From: Flavobacteriales bacterium
Lineage (GTDB): Bacteria > Bacteroidota > Bacteroidia > Flavobacteriales_F > PHOS-HE28
Direction: 5' to 3'
NCBI GenBank assembly: GCA_019912395.1
Contig: JAIOIH010000010.1
Span: 18,760-82,759, forward strand
DNA length: 64,000 bases
Made by a program: the position numbers and the translations under genes. The notes under the pieces are model-generated. The model was not told the origin of the DNA, did not search any database, and saw only the letters and a list, made by a program, of their open reading frames with translations. Positions 50,601 to 60,224 of this stretch are shown here, piece after piece. Within the stretch, counting starts at the first letter, position 1; each line of letters opens with the position of its first letter.

Positions 50601-51227
50601 ATCTTCGTGGTGTTCCTGATCATCGTGGCGCAGTTCAACAGCATCAGCTATCCATTGATCGTGATGAGCACCGTGACCTTCAGCACCATCGGCGTGTTCC
50701 TGGGGCTGGTGGTGTTCCGCATGGACTTCATCATCCTGATGACCATGCTCGGCATCATCTCATTGATCGGCGTGGTGGTGAACAATGCCATCGTGCTGAT
50801 GGACTTCGCCCGCCTGCTCTTTGAACGGAGTGCGCGACGGCTGGGCTTGGGCCCGGAGGTCATCATCCCCATCGAGGAGAGCAGGGAAGCCCTGGTGATC
50901 GCCGGGAAGACGCGCTTGCGTCCGGTGCTGCTCACGGCCATCACCGCGGTATTGGGCCTGTTGCCATTGGCCATCGGCCTCAACTTCAACTTCTTCAGCC
51001 TGTTCACTGAATTGAACCCGCACATCCACATGGGCGGCGACAACGTGGTGTTCTGGGGTCCGCTGAGCTGGGCGGTGATCTACGGCCTGATCTTCGCCAC
51101 CTTCCTTACCCTGATCATGGTGCCGGTGATGCTGCTGATCGTGATGAAGATCAAGCACCGCAGGCAGTGGAAGAGGGAGCTTCGCGAAGCGGAGAAAGCG
51201 CATAACCCTCCGCCGGCGGTAGGTTAA
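47661..51227 (+). CDS. RND efflux permease (AcrB family)
   Basis: LVDDGIVIVENI, GVVVNNAIVL, TRLRPVLLTA. Confidence 0.96.
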   Translation: MAHNEDIEKDLHAGERRFAITTWAVNNRTTVIVLTLLICVLGIYSYIVMPKVSFPEVVTPEVFVGTPYNSSSVVDIEKLITKPIEKEINTISGVDEITSTSVPNYSSIHVKFSYNITPTEALRKVKDAVDKARGDANFPTDLPSEPNVFEMNFSELIPVMNINLSGDYPMEQLHEYAKHLEDRIEDLEEINKVEIRGVPEREVKVSVDLNQLEALQLNFDDIGNALRSENLTMSGGDVLIGDQRRSVRVVGEFKNMAQIRDIVVKNEGQREVRLGDIAAVTFDFKEPESFAREYGKSVVMLDVMKRAGENLLDASDKINAIIAEDHGTVLPADLVITLTGDQSEQTRVSVDELMNHIVLGVILVVGVLMLFLGLRNALFVGLAIPMSMFISFTLLNLFGISLNMMVLFALILALGRLVDDGIVIVENIHRHMSNGEPAMRATQLAVGEVTMPIIAATTATVMVFVPLLFWPGMMGEFMSLMPITFMIALGSSLFVALVVNPALASKFMKVESDHMPTRKMWRLATILVVVGVLVATGGGVVQSSTLFSLGTLSVFFGILGVVNEKLLVPASNWFQNSWLPRLEGNYERFLRYALNKHHPRTFLFGTFGLMILVFLMLALFPPKILFLPTNQPQFINAFIEAPIGTDIVHTDSITRIVEAQVMKVIDVPEYKEVKEIKDEEGNVIGTDTVNFLVKSVISQVGEGTSDPGTGEVVMGSTPHKGRIQVTFVAFAERHGVNTNDVLAALQKGVTGYPGVVVTVAKNADGPPVGKPINIEIKGKEIEGLLDEAENVKAFIEARNVPGVEALRIDIDRAKPEMPIIIDREKARRFNVSTYAIADAIRTALFGKEVSTFRIEGDDDDYEINVRLKDDYRYDPQRLLDMKITFRDMLSGQIRQVPISAVAKAEYSTTFSAIKRKDMDRVVTVSSNVIAGYNNNEVVQQIKDEMANGYKVDDRFNLRFTGEQEDQAKDMNFLFTAFLVAIFVVFLIIVAQFNSISYPLIVMSTVTFSTIGVFLGLVVFRMDFIILMTMLGIISLIGVVVNNAIVLMDFARLLFERSARRLGLGPEVIIPIEESREALVIAGKTRLRPVLLTAITAVLGLLPLAIGLNFNFFSLFTELNPHIHMGGDNVVFWGPLSWAVIYGLIFATFLTLIMVPVMLLIVMKIKHRRQWKRELREAEKAHNPPPAVG

Positions 51228-51250
51228 GCGGACAACGACTGGGATGAAGG

Positions 51251-51272
51251 GCGCGGCGGAGGCTGCGCCTTT
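51251..51272 (+). terminator. Terminator hairpin, left copy of a 22-bp direct repeat
   Basis: gcgcggcggaggctgcgccttt. Confidence 0.75.
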
Positions 51273-51473
51273 CTTCGTTTGCATCGTTGGCGCTCGGCTC
51301 GGTGCCTGAGGCTTTTGCCCCTGTGATATTCGAAGAGTCAAAGGCCCGAGTGACCGTATTTTGGAACCTCCGCTGACAGGAAGTCTTGCGCCCAGCGAGC
51401 TCGGATCGCGCACTTTGTTGAATTTCCTGACCATCCCTATCTTGACCAAACCCGGATCGACAGAAAAACGATC

Positions 51474-52325
51474 ATGAAGAAAGAACAGATCAACGAGTTG
51501 TTCGTGCGCTTTGAAGCCGCAGGCGGCACAATGGAAGGAATTGAGTGTTGGAGCGCACGGGAGCTTCAATCGGTTCTCGGATATTCGGAATGGCGCAACT
51601 TCAATACGGTGATCGATCGGGCGAGAGAAGCCTGCAAGGCCGCTGGGGAAGAGATGTCCGATCATTTTGTTGGGATCAACAAAATGATAAGCCTTGCTAA
51701 AGGAGCACAACGTGCAATTGAGGATATCGCACTAACACGATACGCCTGCTACCTCATTGCGCAGAACGGTGATCCATCCAAGCCCGCGATCGCTTTCGCG
51801 CAAACCTACTTCGCGGTTCAAACACGGAAACTGGAAGTCATTGAACAACGGCTGATCGATGTGGCGAGGGTTATCGCACGCGATAAGTTGATGAGGTCCG
51901 AGAAGAAGCTCAGCGGAATCATTTATGAACGCGGAGTGGACCAAGGTGGTTTTGCCGTGATCCGATCAAAAGGAGATCAAGCGCTCTTCGGCGGTTTTGG
52001 CACGAACGAAATGAAACGGAAGCTTCGTGCACCCGAAAAACGTCCGTTGGCTGATTTCCTTTCCACGCTCGCGATCAAAGCCAAGGACTTCGCGACCGAA
52101 ATGACAAGTCACAACGTGATCGAAAAGGACCTCAAGGGTATTACCCCGATCGCAGATGAACATGTTGCGAGCAACAAGGCGGTCAGGCAAAGCATGCTAC
52201 AGCGAGGGATAAAGCCGGAACAGTTGCCTGCCGGTGAAGATGTGAAGAAGGTGGAACGTCGATCGAACAGTGAACAGAAAAGCTTGACCAAGGGGCCAAG
52301 GCGCGGCGGGAGAAAAAAGGATTGA
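51474..52325 (+). CDS. dinD: DNA damage-inducible protein D (BRO-N domain)
   Basis: ECWSARELQ..LGYSEWRNF, LTRYACYLIAQNGDP.K..IAFAQTYFAVQTR, RPLADFL. Confidence 0.9.
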   Translation: MKKEQINELFVRFEAAGGTMEGIECWSARELQSVLGYSEWRNFNTVIDRAREACKAAGEEMSDHFVGINKMISLAKGAQRAIEDIALTRYACYLIAQNGDPSKPAIAFAQTYFAVQTRKLEVIEQRLIDVARVIARDKLMRSEKKLSGIIYERGVDQGGFAVIRSKGDQALFGGFGTNEMKRKLRAPEKRPLADFLSTLAIKAKDFATEMTSHNVIEKDLKGITPIADEHVASNKAVRQSMLQRGIKPEQLPAGEDVKKVERRSNSEQKSLTKGPRRGGRKKD

Positions 52326-52492
52326 GAAGGTGCCGCTCACTCCACGATCAACGACGGTGAACCCGTGCGACCATCAGCTTCGCTGAACCGGATGAAATAG
52401 CAACCTTGCATACGCAAACGCGGGAACAGGAGGGACCGCGACCATCGCCACCAGCAAGTAGGTTGATCGACTGAACGAACACTTCAGGAAAA

Positions 52493-52514
52493 GCGCGGCG
52501 GAGGCTGCGCCTTT
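52493..52514 (+). terminator. Terminator hairpin, right copy of the 22-bp direct repeat
   Basis: Identical to 51251-51272. Confidence 0.75.
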
Positions 52515-52635
52515 TGTTGTACTGTCTGCAGCTTCAAGACGACCTCTAGCGCGGGAGGCCGACCGAACGGAACTTGTGGCAAGTAACCGTACTTGCGATG
52601 TCCCGCCTGACAAGCGAGAATCAACAACCGCCCCC

Positions 52636-54381
52636 TTAGATCACCAATCGCACCCCGCCCAGGTCCGCCACGCGGTACGGGAACCTGTCGCTCGGCGAGC
52701 CGATGAACATGAAGTTGGTGGGGATGTTCCACTCCTCGCTGAGGCGGTGTACCAGCTCCGGCCCGAAGACGCCGTGCAGCTCGGTGAACTCGATCTTGAT
52801 CTCCGGGTAGGCGCGGTCCAGCACCTCCATGTCGCGGAGGTAATCCTCGTGCATCCTCTCCCCTTCCTTCAGCACGGTGACGATCCTGAGCTTCTTGGTG
52901 ATCTCGTTGGCCTGCACGTACATCATCACGCGGTTCAGGATGGAGAGGTCGTCCCCCTTGGTGAAGTAGACGAACTCCTGACTGCTGAGCTTGCGGATCA
53001 TGCGCGAGAGCGTAAAGCGGCCCACCACCGCCAGGCCGGGCACGCTTTCCACGAAGCGGCTCACCCAGGCCATCATCACCTCCAGGATGGACTTGCGGTT
53101 CAGCATCACCGCGATGACGAGCATGGTGGGGATGAAGTACTGGAGGAAGACCACGAGGTATTGCGGATTCAGGCGTACGTTGCCATAGAGCGCGAGCACC
53201 ACCCCCAATAAGGCGACCGAGACCGCTGCGACCGATGCCGTTTCCGGCCGGGGCAGCTTGGAGCGCTTCATCTTCAGCAGGAAATTGCCGACGGCGAAGA
53301 AGGCCATCACCGTGAGGAAGGAGATGGTGTAGACCCCTGCAAGCGCCTCGGTCTCCGCGTTGGTAAGGAAGAGCACCGAGAGGCAGAGCAGGAAAAAGAG
53401 GATGATGATGCGCGGCGAGCTGCCCTTCTTGGTCTCCCTCAGCAGGAATTGCGGCATGATCCGGTCCAGCGTCATCCGCTTCACCAGGCCGGAAACGCCC
53501 ACATAGCTGGTGAGCACCGCACCGCAGAGCACCACCACCGCGTCCACGGTGATGATGCTGGCGAGCCAGTTACCGCCGATCGTCAGGCCCATGAAGGAGA
53601 GCATCGTCTCCTGATGATCGCCCACTGCGGCGAGGGGCAGCACCATGATGGCGCACAGCACGATCAACGGGTTGAGGACGGTAACGGCCACCCACATGTT
53701 CTTGAGCGTCCTGGGGAACACGCCGTGCTTCTGCTCCTCCACGTAGTTCGCGGAGCTCTCAAAGCCGGTGACCCCGAGCATGGCCGTACTGAATCCGAAG
53801 AACAATGCCGCCGCGATCCCCCTGCCGTGCGGGAGCGGCGCGGAGAGGTTCATCTTGACCAAGGAAAACCCGTGCTGGGTAACGAACCAGAAGCTGGCAA
53901 CGATGAGCAGCGCCATGGTGGCGAGGTGCGCGATGAAGATGATGATGGCCACCACGGAGGATTCACCAATGCCCGCAATGCTGAGCATCATGAAGATGCC
54001 GAGCACGACGACCGTGGCCAACAGTACCGGCAGGAAGGGCACCAATGCGTGCAGGTAGTACATGGCCGTGCTGGCACTGAGCACGGCGGTGGCCATGTAG
54101 CTGAGGATCGTAAGGCAGGCCGCGATGCTGGCGTTGTACTTGTTGGTGGTGTTCAGCAGCACGTTGTAGGCGCCGCCGTTGAGCGGAAGCGCTCCCACCA
54201 CTTCGCCGTAGATCTTGCGGAACAGGTACAGTACGCCGGCCACGATCAGCAAGGCGACCACCGCCCAAGGCCCGGCGTAGCCCATGGCGATGGCGCCCAC
54301 GTAGAGGCAGCTGCTGGTGATGTCGTTGCCGGCGATCGCCGTGGCCGCGAGGGTGCCCAGCTTCTTCGGTGCATGTGCCAT
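52636..54381 (-). CDS. APC family amino-acid permease with C-terminal soluble domain
   Basis: GNDITSSCLY, LPLNGGAY, GFESSAN, about 12 TM helices. Confidence 0.9.
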   Translation of the reverse strand: MAHAPKKLGTLAATAIAGNDITSSCLYVGAIAMGYAGPWAVVALLIVAGVLYLFRKIYGEVVGALPLNGGAYNVLLNTTNKYNASIAACLTILSYMATAVLSASTAMYYLHALVPFLPVLLATVVVLGIFMMLSIAGIGESSVVAIIIFIAHLATMALLIVASFWFVTQHGFSLVKMNLSAPLPHGRGIAAALFFGFSTAMLGVTGFESSANYVEEQKHGVFPRTLKNMWVAVTVLNPLIVLCAIMVLPLAAVGDHQETMLSFMGLTIGGNWLASIITVDAVVVLCGAVLTSYVGVSGLVKRMTLDRIMPQFLLRETKKGSSPRIIILFFLLCLSVLFLTNAETEALAGVYTISFLTVMAFFAVGNFLLKMKRSKLPRPETASVAAVSVALLGVVLALYGNVRLNPQYLVVFLQYFIPTMLVIAVMLNRKSILEVMMAWVSRFVESVPGLAVVGRFTLSRMIRKLSSQEFVYFTKGDDLSILNRVMMYVQANEITKKLRIVTVLKEGERMHEDYLRDMEVLDRAYPEIKIEFTELHGVFGPELVHRLSEEWNIPTNFMFIGSPSDRFPYRVADLGGVRLVI

Positions 54382-54499
54382 GGAAGGGGCGAAGTTGGAC
54401 AAGTACACGGAAACGGCGGAATATTTTTTTCAGCACGTATTGGTCGCGCTTTCGAGGCGTTTACGGGGGCGGTCGATCCAAGGGCAGTACTATTGTGCC

Positions 54500-55897
54500 A
54501 TGGAACGCTCGCACCCGTTGACCACCGTGGGCCATGTGCGCCAGCGGTACTTCGGTCCGCAGACGTCCCTGATCGTGGCGAGCGTGGTGATCGGCTGCTT
54601 GGCCTCCTTGGGCGCGGTGGCGTTGAAACAAGGGGTGCATTACATCAGCGAGGCGGTTCATGATGTCACCTTTTCGCCGGGTCGGCGGTACCTGGTGTTC
54701 CTGGTGCCCATGATCGGCCTGTTGATCACGGTGGGCTTCACCAAGCTGTTCCTGAAGGATAATCTTGGGGCCGGTTTGCCCAGCTTGATCCGGGACGTAC
54801 GCATGCGCGACGGCCGCGTGGCGTCGCACAAGATGTGGTCGCAGATCGTGACCAGCGCCATCACCATGGGCATGGGCGGCTCGGCCGGTCTGGAACCTCC
54901 CATTGCGGCCACGGGAGGTGCCATCGGCAGCAAGGTGGCACAATGGCTGCGCTTTGGCCGCAGTGAACGCATCCTGCTACTGGCCAGCGGTGCCGGAGCG
55001 GGCGTGGGCGCCATCTTCAACGCGCCGATCGCGGGCACCATTTTCGCCCTGGAGATCCTGCTGGCCAACAATGCGCTTTCGCTGGTGGTGCCCATGCTCA
55101 TCGCCTCGGCCAGCGCCACCATGGTCTCCTCGCTCATCTACAGCGGCCAGCCCTTCGTGCTCATCACCAATGCGTGGGACGCTTCCGCCATGCCGTGGTA
55201 CATCCTGCTGGCCTTTGTTGCCGCGTTCCTCTCCGTGTACGTGGTCCGCATGTACCGCTGGACCGCCCGGTTCGCCTCCACGCAATTCCACAACCCGTTC
55301 GCACGGGCCGCCGCCGGTGGCTTGCTGCTGGGCGCGCTCATTTTCTTTTTCCCACCGCTGTTCGGTGAAGGCTACGACAGCGTGGAGCTGCTGCTGAAAG
55401 GACAAGCCGCCGCCCTGGCCACGCACCAGCCCGTGACCCTGGACCTCGGGCCGTGGAACATCGTGCTGCTCACCCTGGGCCTTACCCTACTGAAGGTGGT
55501 GGCCACCTCGTTCACCGTGCATTCCGGCGGAAACGGCGGCATGTTCGGCCCTTCGCTCTTCATCGGCGCGATGCTGGGCTTCACCTTCGCGCACGCTTTG
55601 AACCTCTCCGGCATCGCGCATGTGGACGAGGTGAACTTCACCGTGGTGGGCATGGCCGCCGTGCTCAGTGGTTCGATCCATGTTCCGCTCACGGCGATCT
55701 TCCTCATCGCGGAGATCACCGGCGGATATGCCTTGTTCGTGCCGCTGATGGTGGTGACCTCCATTGCCTACCTCGTTTCCCGCTACATGGAGCCGATCTC
55801 GGTGTACGGCACGCCGCCGCCGGTGGTGGTGAACGCTGAACCCGGAGGGGCCAAAACGAAGAACGGCACCCCCGAAGGAGTGCCGCCCCGTCCGTGA
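54500..55897 (+). CDS. ClC chloride channel/antiporter family protein lacking CBS domains
   Basis: GGSAGLEPP, FNAPIAG, GGNGGMFGP, PLTAIFLIAEITG. Confidence 0.9.
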   Translation: MERSHPLTTVGHVRQRYFGPQTSLIVASVVIGCLASLGAVALKQGVHYISEAVHDVTFSPGRRYLVFLVPMIGLLITVGFTKLFLKDNLGAGLPSLIRDVRMRDGRVASHKMWSQIVTSAITMGMGGSAGLEPPIAATGGAIGSKVAQWLRFGRSERILLLASGAGAGVGAIFNAPIAGTIFALEILLANNALSLVVPMLIASASATMVSSLIYSGQPFVLITNAWDASAMPWYILLAFVAAFLSVYVVRMYRWTARFASTQFHNPFARAAAGGLLLGALIFFFPPLFGEGYDSVELLLKGQAAALATHQPVTLDLGPWNIVLLTLGLTLLKVVATSFTVHSGGNGGMFGPSLFIGAMLGFTFAHALNLSGIAHVDEVNFTVVGMAAVLSGSIHVPLTAIFLIAEITGGYALFVPLMVVTSIAYLVSRYMEPISVYGTPPPVVVNAEPGGAKTKNGTPEGVPPRP

Positions 55898-56385
55898 CGC
55901 TTCCACCAAAGCGCCGCGGACAAACGGTCATTGACCGTCCTTGTCGTTATCAGCGTCCGTTTCCTGATCCACGTTGCCCTTCCGTTTTCCCTGCCAGCTC
56001 CTCACATCGTTCCACGCAGCGGAGGTGACGTTCTGCCCGTTTTCCAATTCATCGGGGACGTTGGCCCTTGAATAGGAAAAGGCTTCCGCGAAGTGCAGCG
56101 GGGGAGATGACCTATTGGGCGTAGCAGTTCAGGTTTTGTGAGGGATGGCGAATGACGTTCCAATTGCCCTCTGGTCTTCGCAATCAGGCCGGGAACGCCA
56201 CAGGGCAAGGCTTTCCTGCGGTCACGTTCGTCCCTGGCGGTTGATCCCGGCGGGGAAAGCCCGCCCCGATCCATCCTCCGTTCGGGGAAGCAATTCATGG
56301 CCGGGGGGGGATCGCGGTTGAACGAAAGGCTCGTCAGCGTTGTTGGGCATGCGGGCATCAGCGGGTAAATTCGCCACCCAAGGCC

Positions 56386-57282
56386 ATGGACTATTACAAA
56401 ACGCTGGGTGTGGAGCGCACCGCCACCGCGGAGCAGATCAAGAAGGCGTACCGCAAGCTGGCGCGCAAGCACCACCCGGACCTCAACCCGAACGACAAGG
56501 AGGCGCATAAGCGCTTCCAGCAGATCAACGAGGCGAACGAGGTGCTCAGCGACCCGGAAAGCCGGAAGAAGTACGATAAGTACGGTGATCAATGGAAGCA
56601 CGCCGACCAGATCGAGGCTGCGCAACGCGAACGTGCATCGGCCGGTGGAGGCCCGTTCCGGGGCGGAGAGCCCTTCGGCGGCGGCTCGTTCCAAGGTTTC
56701 GGCGGTGGCGGTCAGGAACAGGACATCAACGATATCTTCGGCTCCATGTTCGGCAGTGCCCGCGGCCAAGCGCGTTTTCGGGGACACGACTATCAGGCCG
56801 AGCTTCATCTGGACCTGATGGATGCGGCCAAAACGATGCCGCGCACGCTCACGGTGAACGGGAAGCAGATCCGCCTCACCATCCCGGCCGGCGTGGAGAA
56901 CGGACAGACCATCCGGATCAAGGGCCACGGGGGACCGGGCATGAACGGGGGACCGGCAGGCGACCTGCTGATCACCTTTTCCATCGCGGACCATCCGGTA
57001 TTCAAGCGCGTGGGGAAGAACCTGTACGCAACCGTGGAAGTGCCCCTCTACACCGCCGTGCTGGGCGGGGACATCACCGTGCCGACCCTGGACGGCCAGG
57101 TGAAGGTGCCGGTGAAACCTGAAACGCAGAACGGCATCGTGGTGCGGTTGAAGGGCAAGGGTTTTCCGGTCTACAAGAAGGAGGGCAGCTTCGGTGATCT
57201 CTTCGTGACCTATTCCGTGAAGCTGCCGACGAACCTCACGGAAAAGCAGAAGGAACTCTTCACCCAACTGAAGAACGGATGA
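56386..57282 (+). CDS. cbpA: DnaJ-class chaperone CbpA
   Basis: J-domain HPD, G/F region, no Zn finger, followed by cbpM. Confidence 0.88.
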   Translation: MDYYKTLGVERTATAEQIKKAYRKLARKHHPDLNPNDKEAHKRFQQINEANEVLSDPESRKKYDKYGDQWKHADQIEAAQRERASAGGGPFRGGEPFGGGSFQGFGGGGQEQDINDIFGSMFGSARGQARFRGHDYQAELHLDLMDAAKTMPRTLTVNGKQIRLTIPAGVENGQTIRIKGHGGPGMNGGPAGDLLITFSIADHPVFKRVGKNLYATVEVPLYTAVLGGDITVPTLDGQVKVPVKPETQNGIVVRLKGKGFPVYKKEGSFGDLFVTYSVKLPTNLTEKQKELFTQLKNG

Positions 57283-57285
57283 GCC

Positions 57286-57585
57286 ATGGCAAATGAGGAA
57301 CTGGTACCGGTCGAGGTTTTTTGCACCACCTACCATGTGGAGACCACATTGATCGACACACTGGCGGCAAGCGGACTGGTGCAGCTCACGGTGTTGGAGC
57401 ATCGCCGCTACATCGCCGTGGAGCACTTGGGCCGGGTGGAAAAGATGGTGCGCCTGCACGAGGACCTCGGCATCAACGTGGAAGGCATCGAGGCCATCGA
57501 ACACCTATTGGAAAAACTGGAGACCCTTCAGGAGGAAATGACGGACCTGCGGAATCGCTTACGCCGTTATGGAGAAACTGATTGA
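57286..57585 (+). CDS. cbpM: Chaperone modulator CbpM (MerR-like)
   Basis: RLHEDLGINVEGI..I..LL plus coiled coil. Confidence 0.88.
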   Translation: MANEELVPVEVFCTTYHVETTLIDTLAASGLVQLTVLEHRRYIAVEHLGRVEKMVRLHEDLGINVEGIEAIEHLLEKLETLQEEMTDLRNRLRRYGETD

Positions 57586-57959
57586 GCCGCACTGGACACG
57601 ATCAGCCTCCGGGAGATGTTCAAGCCGCTGGGTTGCTCCACCCGTACGAGATAGACACCGTTCGCAAGGTTGTTCAGGTCGATCACCGATCGCGTCCCGT
57701 TGGTCTGTCCGATATGCATGCTGCGCATGATCCGACCATCCTCGGCCACAATAGTGAGCGTGGCTTCGCCCATTAGCCCGGGGTAGACGACATTCACTTG
57801 TTGGCTCGCAGGATTCGGGAATATGTTCACCGGTCCCGATAGCTGCTGGGCATACTGCCCATTGGTCCAGTGGTTGCTCGTATAGGGCCCGTCGCTACCG
57901 GGCATGGCTGCCGTTGACAATGCTACTGCCACGGCTGCTATGAAGGTCATAGTTCTCAT
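57567..57959 (-). CDS. Minimal T9SS type-A sorting-domain protein
   Basis: Signal peptide, ~25-aa spacer, IFPNPA...LANGVYLV...RRLIV CTD. Confidence 0.85.
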   Translation of the reverse strand: MRTMTFIAAVAVALSTAAMPGSDGPYTSNHWTNGQYAQQLSGPVNIFPNPASQQVNVVYPGLMGEATLTIVAEDGRIMRSMHIGQTNGTRSVIDLNNLANGVYLVRVEQPSGLNISRRLIVSSAAQSVSP

Positions 57960-58029
57960 GGCTTTTAATGGTTTGGTTCAGCAGTGACCGTGCAAGATCC
58001 GTTCCGGGAGCGAACAAACCGGCAATACG

Positions 58030-58596
58030 TCAGTACACGAACGGCACCAGCCGCTTGGTGCGTGCCATATAGTCCGTGTAGGCTGCGCCCGGCGCGGCGG
58101 ACAGCGCCTGCTCCTCCACCTTCATCCGCCAGAGGAACATTGCGGTGATGGGCATAAGGAGAAGAATGGCCGCCAGCCAATTGTGGACCAATATCCCCAA
58201 ACCGAGAAAAGCGAGCAGGGCACCGCTGTAGCTGGGATGGCGCACCAAGCGGTACGGGCCGTCGCTCACCACGGTATGGTCATTCGCGATCGCCACGTCC
58301 ACCGTGAAGAAGCGACCGAGGTGGATGATGGACCACCAACGCAGCCCGATACCGAGTGCGAAGAGCAACGTACCGGACCCATAGGACAGGAGGGAAAACC
58401 CGTGGCCGAATTGCGGCCAAGCGATGGAGATATGGATCGCGAGGAAAATGGAAACGCCGATCACCGCCCACAACATGCCGAACGATCCCTTGTCCTTGCG
58501 CTGTGCGGATCCGCCGCTGCGCTTGAACAGGGCCAAGCCCAGTTCCGAAATGCCGAGCACGATGAAAAAGTACAGCGGGGAGGGCAAGCTGATCAT
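58030..58596 (-). CDS. Isoprenylcysteine carboxyl methyltransferase (ICMT/Ste14) family membrane protein
   Basis: LGRFF, GPYRLVRHPSYSG, RMKVEE, Y..Y..RTKRLVP. Confidence 0.92.
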   Translation of the reverse strand: MISLPSPLYFFIVLGISELGLALFKRSGGSAQRKDKGSFGMLWAVIGVSIFLAIHISIAWPQFGHGFSLLSYGSGTLLFALGIGLRWWSIIHLGRFFTVDVAIANDHTVVSDGPYRLVRHPSYSGALLAFLGLGILVHNWLAAILLLMPITAMFLWRMKVEEQALSAAPGAAYTDYMARTKRLVPFVY

Positions 58597-58657
58597 GTTC
58601 GGTTGCTTGTCCCAAAGATGCGCTTAACCTTCCCGGCCATCACGTATCCCCGAACGA

Positions 58658-59230
58658 TCAGCCGATCACGCCATCGCTCCGGGTTGGAACACCCATGGCG
58701 AAGTTCTCCACCATCCTCGCATTGAAGGCGGGAAGGTCCGCGGGGCTTCGGCTGGTCACGAGCCCATGGTCCACCACCACTTCGGCATCCTGCCACATTG
58801 CACCGGCGTTCATCAGGTCGGTCTTGATGCTGGAAAAGGAAGTGAGCTTGCGGTCGCGCACGGCATCGGCCTCGATCAATAGCTGCGGACCGTGGCAGAT
58901 GGCGGCAACGGGCTTTTTATCGCGGAAGAACCCCCGCACGAATTCCACGGCCTCCGCGCTGCGTCGCAGCCGGTCGGGGCTGATGACACCACCGGGGATC
59001 ACCAGGGCATCATAGTCATCGGCCATGGCCTTTTCCACGGTTGTGTCCACGTTCACCCCGCTGCTCCAGTTGCCGTCCTTCCAGCCCTTGATCTTTCCGG
59101 TGGCCAAGGAGACCACATGCACGGTGGCACCAGCTTTCTCCAATGCCTCCTTCGGGGAGGAAAGCTCACTCTCCTCGAATCCGTCCGTGGCCAGGATCGC
59201 CACGGTCCTGTTCTTCAGTGTATCCTTCAT
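58658..59230 (-). CDS. PfpI/DJ-1 family (type 1 GATase-like) deglycase/protease
   Basis: DGFEESE, IPGG..PDRLR, AICHGP. Confidence 0.94.
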   Translation of the reverse strand: MKDTLKNRTVAILATDGFEESELSSPKEALEKAGATVHVVSLATGKIKGWKDGNWSSGVNVDTTVEKAMADDYDALVIPGGVISPDRLRRSAEAVEFVRGFFRDKKPVAAICHGPQLLIEADAVRDRKLTSFSSIKTDLMNAGAMWQDAEVVVDHGLVTSRSPADLPAFNARMVENFAMGVPTRSDGVIG

Positions 59231-59330
59231 TGCCGTACTTTTATTGATCCTTGGAGTGAACATGCAACGTGCCGAGGATGTTCGCACCGAGCTGGCCTGG
59301 ACGGGAAATGAGCACCGCAACGAAAAGCCC

Positions 59331-60224
59331 ATGATGGACCCTGCCGAAGCAGCCGATCTGATCCAAAACAAGTTGAGCACTTGGCTGCACGAGTTCATCG
59401 GACTCCTGCCGAACCTGGTGATAGCGGCCTTGATCGTGGTGGGTGCGTGGCTCTTGGCGCGGCTGGTGCGCAGGGGCACGCTCAAACTGGTCTCCGGGGT
59501 CACCGACAGCAGGAACCTGCGGCGGTTGATCGCCAATACGACCTACCTCACCGTAGTGCTCATCGGCGTGTTCGGTGCCTTGAGCGTACTGCATTTGGAC
59601 AAGACCGTCACCTCCATGCTGGCGGGTGCCGGGATCATCGGCCTGGCCTTGGGCTTCGCCTTCCAGGACATCGCGGCGAACTTCCTTTCCGGCGTGGTGA
59701 TGGCGGTGCAGCGCCCCATCCGCACCGGCGAACTGGTGGAGACCGGCGGGCACAAGGGCGTGGTGGAGAACATCGACCTGCGCACCACCGAGCTGCGCAA
59801 CTTGCAAGGCGTGCAGGTGATCATCCCCAACAAGGACATCTTCCAATCCCCGCTGGTGAACTATACCCGCAACGGCATCCGCCGCGTGGACCTCACCATC
59901 GGCGTCAGTTATGGCGACGACATGGAGAAGGTGGAACAGGTGACGATAGAAGCCGTGAAGGGCATTCGCGACCTGGTGCCGGACAAGGAGGTGGAGCTGT
60001 TCTTCAACGCCTTCGGCGACAGCAGCATCAACTTCGAGGTGCGCTTTTGGATCAAGGCCCTCAGCAACAAGCATTACAACGCCATGCGCAGCCGTGCGCT
60101 CAAGGCCATCAAGGCGGCCTACGACAAGGAGGGCATCATGATCCCCTTCCCCATACGCACCTTGGACTTCGGCATCAAGGGTGGCGAGAAGCTGGATGCG
60201 ATGCTGGGGGGAAGGCGGCCTTGA
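59331..60224 (+). CDS. MscS family mechanosensitive channel
   Basis: GLALGFAFQDIAANFLSG, IPN, RRVDLTIGVSY, IPFP. Confidence 0.94.
   Translation: MMDPAEAADLIQNKLSTWLHEFIGLLPNLVIAALIVVGAWLLARLVRRGTLKLVSGVTDSRNLRRLIANTTYLTVVLIGVFGALSVLHLDKTVTSMLAGAGIIGLALGFAFQDIAANFLSGVVMAVQRPIRTGELVETGGHKGVVENIDLRTTELRNLQGVQVIIPNKDIFQSPLVNYTRNGIRRVDLTIGVSYGDDMEKVEQVTIEAVKGIRDLVPDKEVELFFNAFGDSSINFEVRFWIKALSNKHYNAMRSRALKAIKAAYDKEGIMIPFPIRTLDFGIKGGEKLDAMLGGRRP

Noticed and set aside
52636-55897. APC permease + ClC as acid-resistance partners of the decarboxylase
   Set aside because: About 38 kb away with no shared regulatory signal seen; the permease does not look like AdiC, CadB or GadC.
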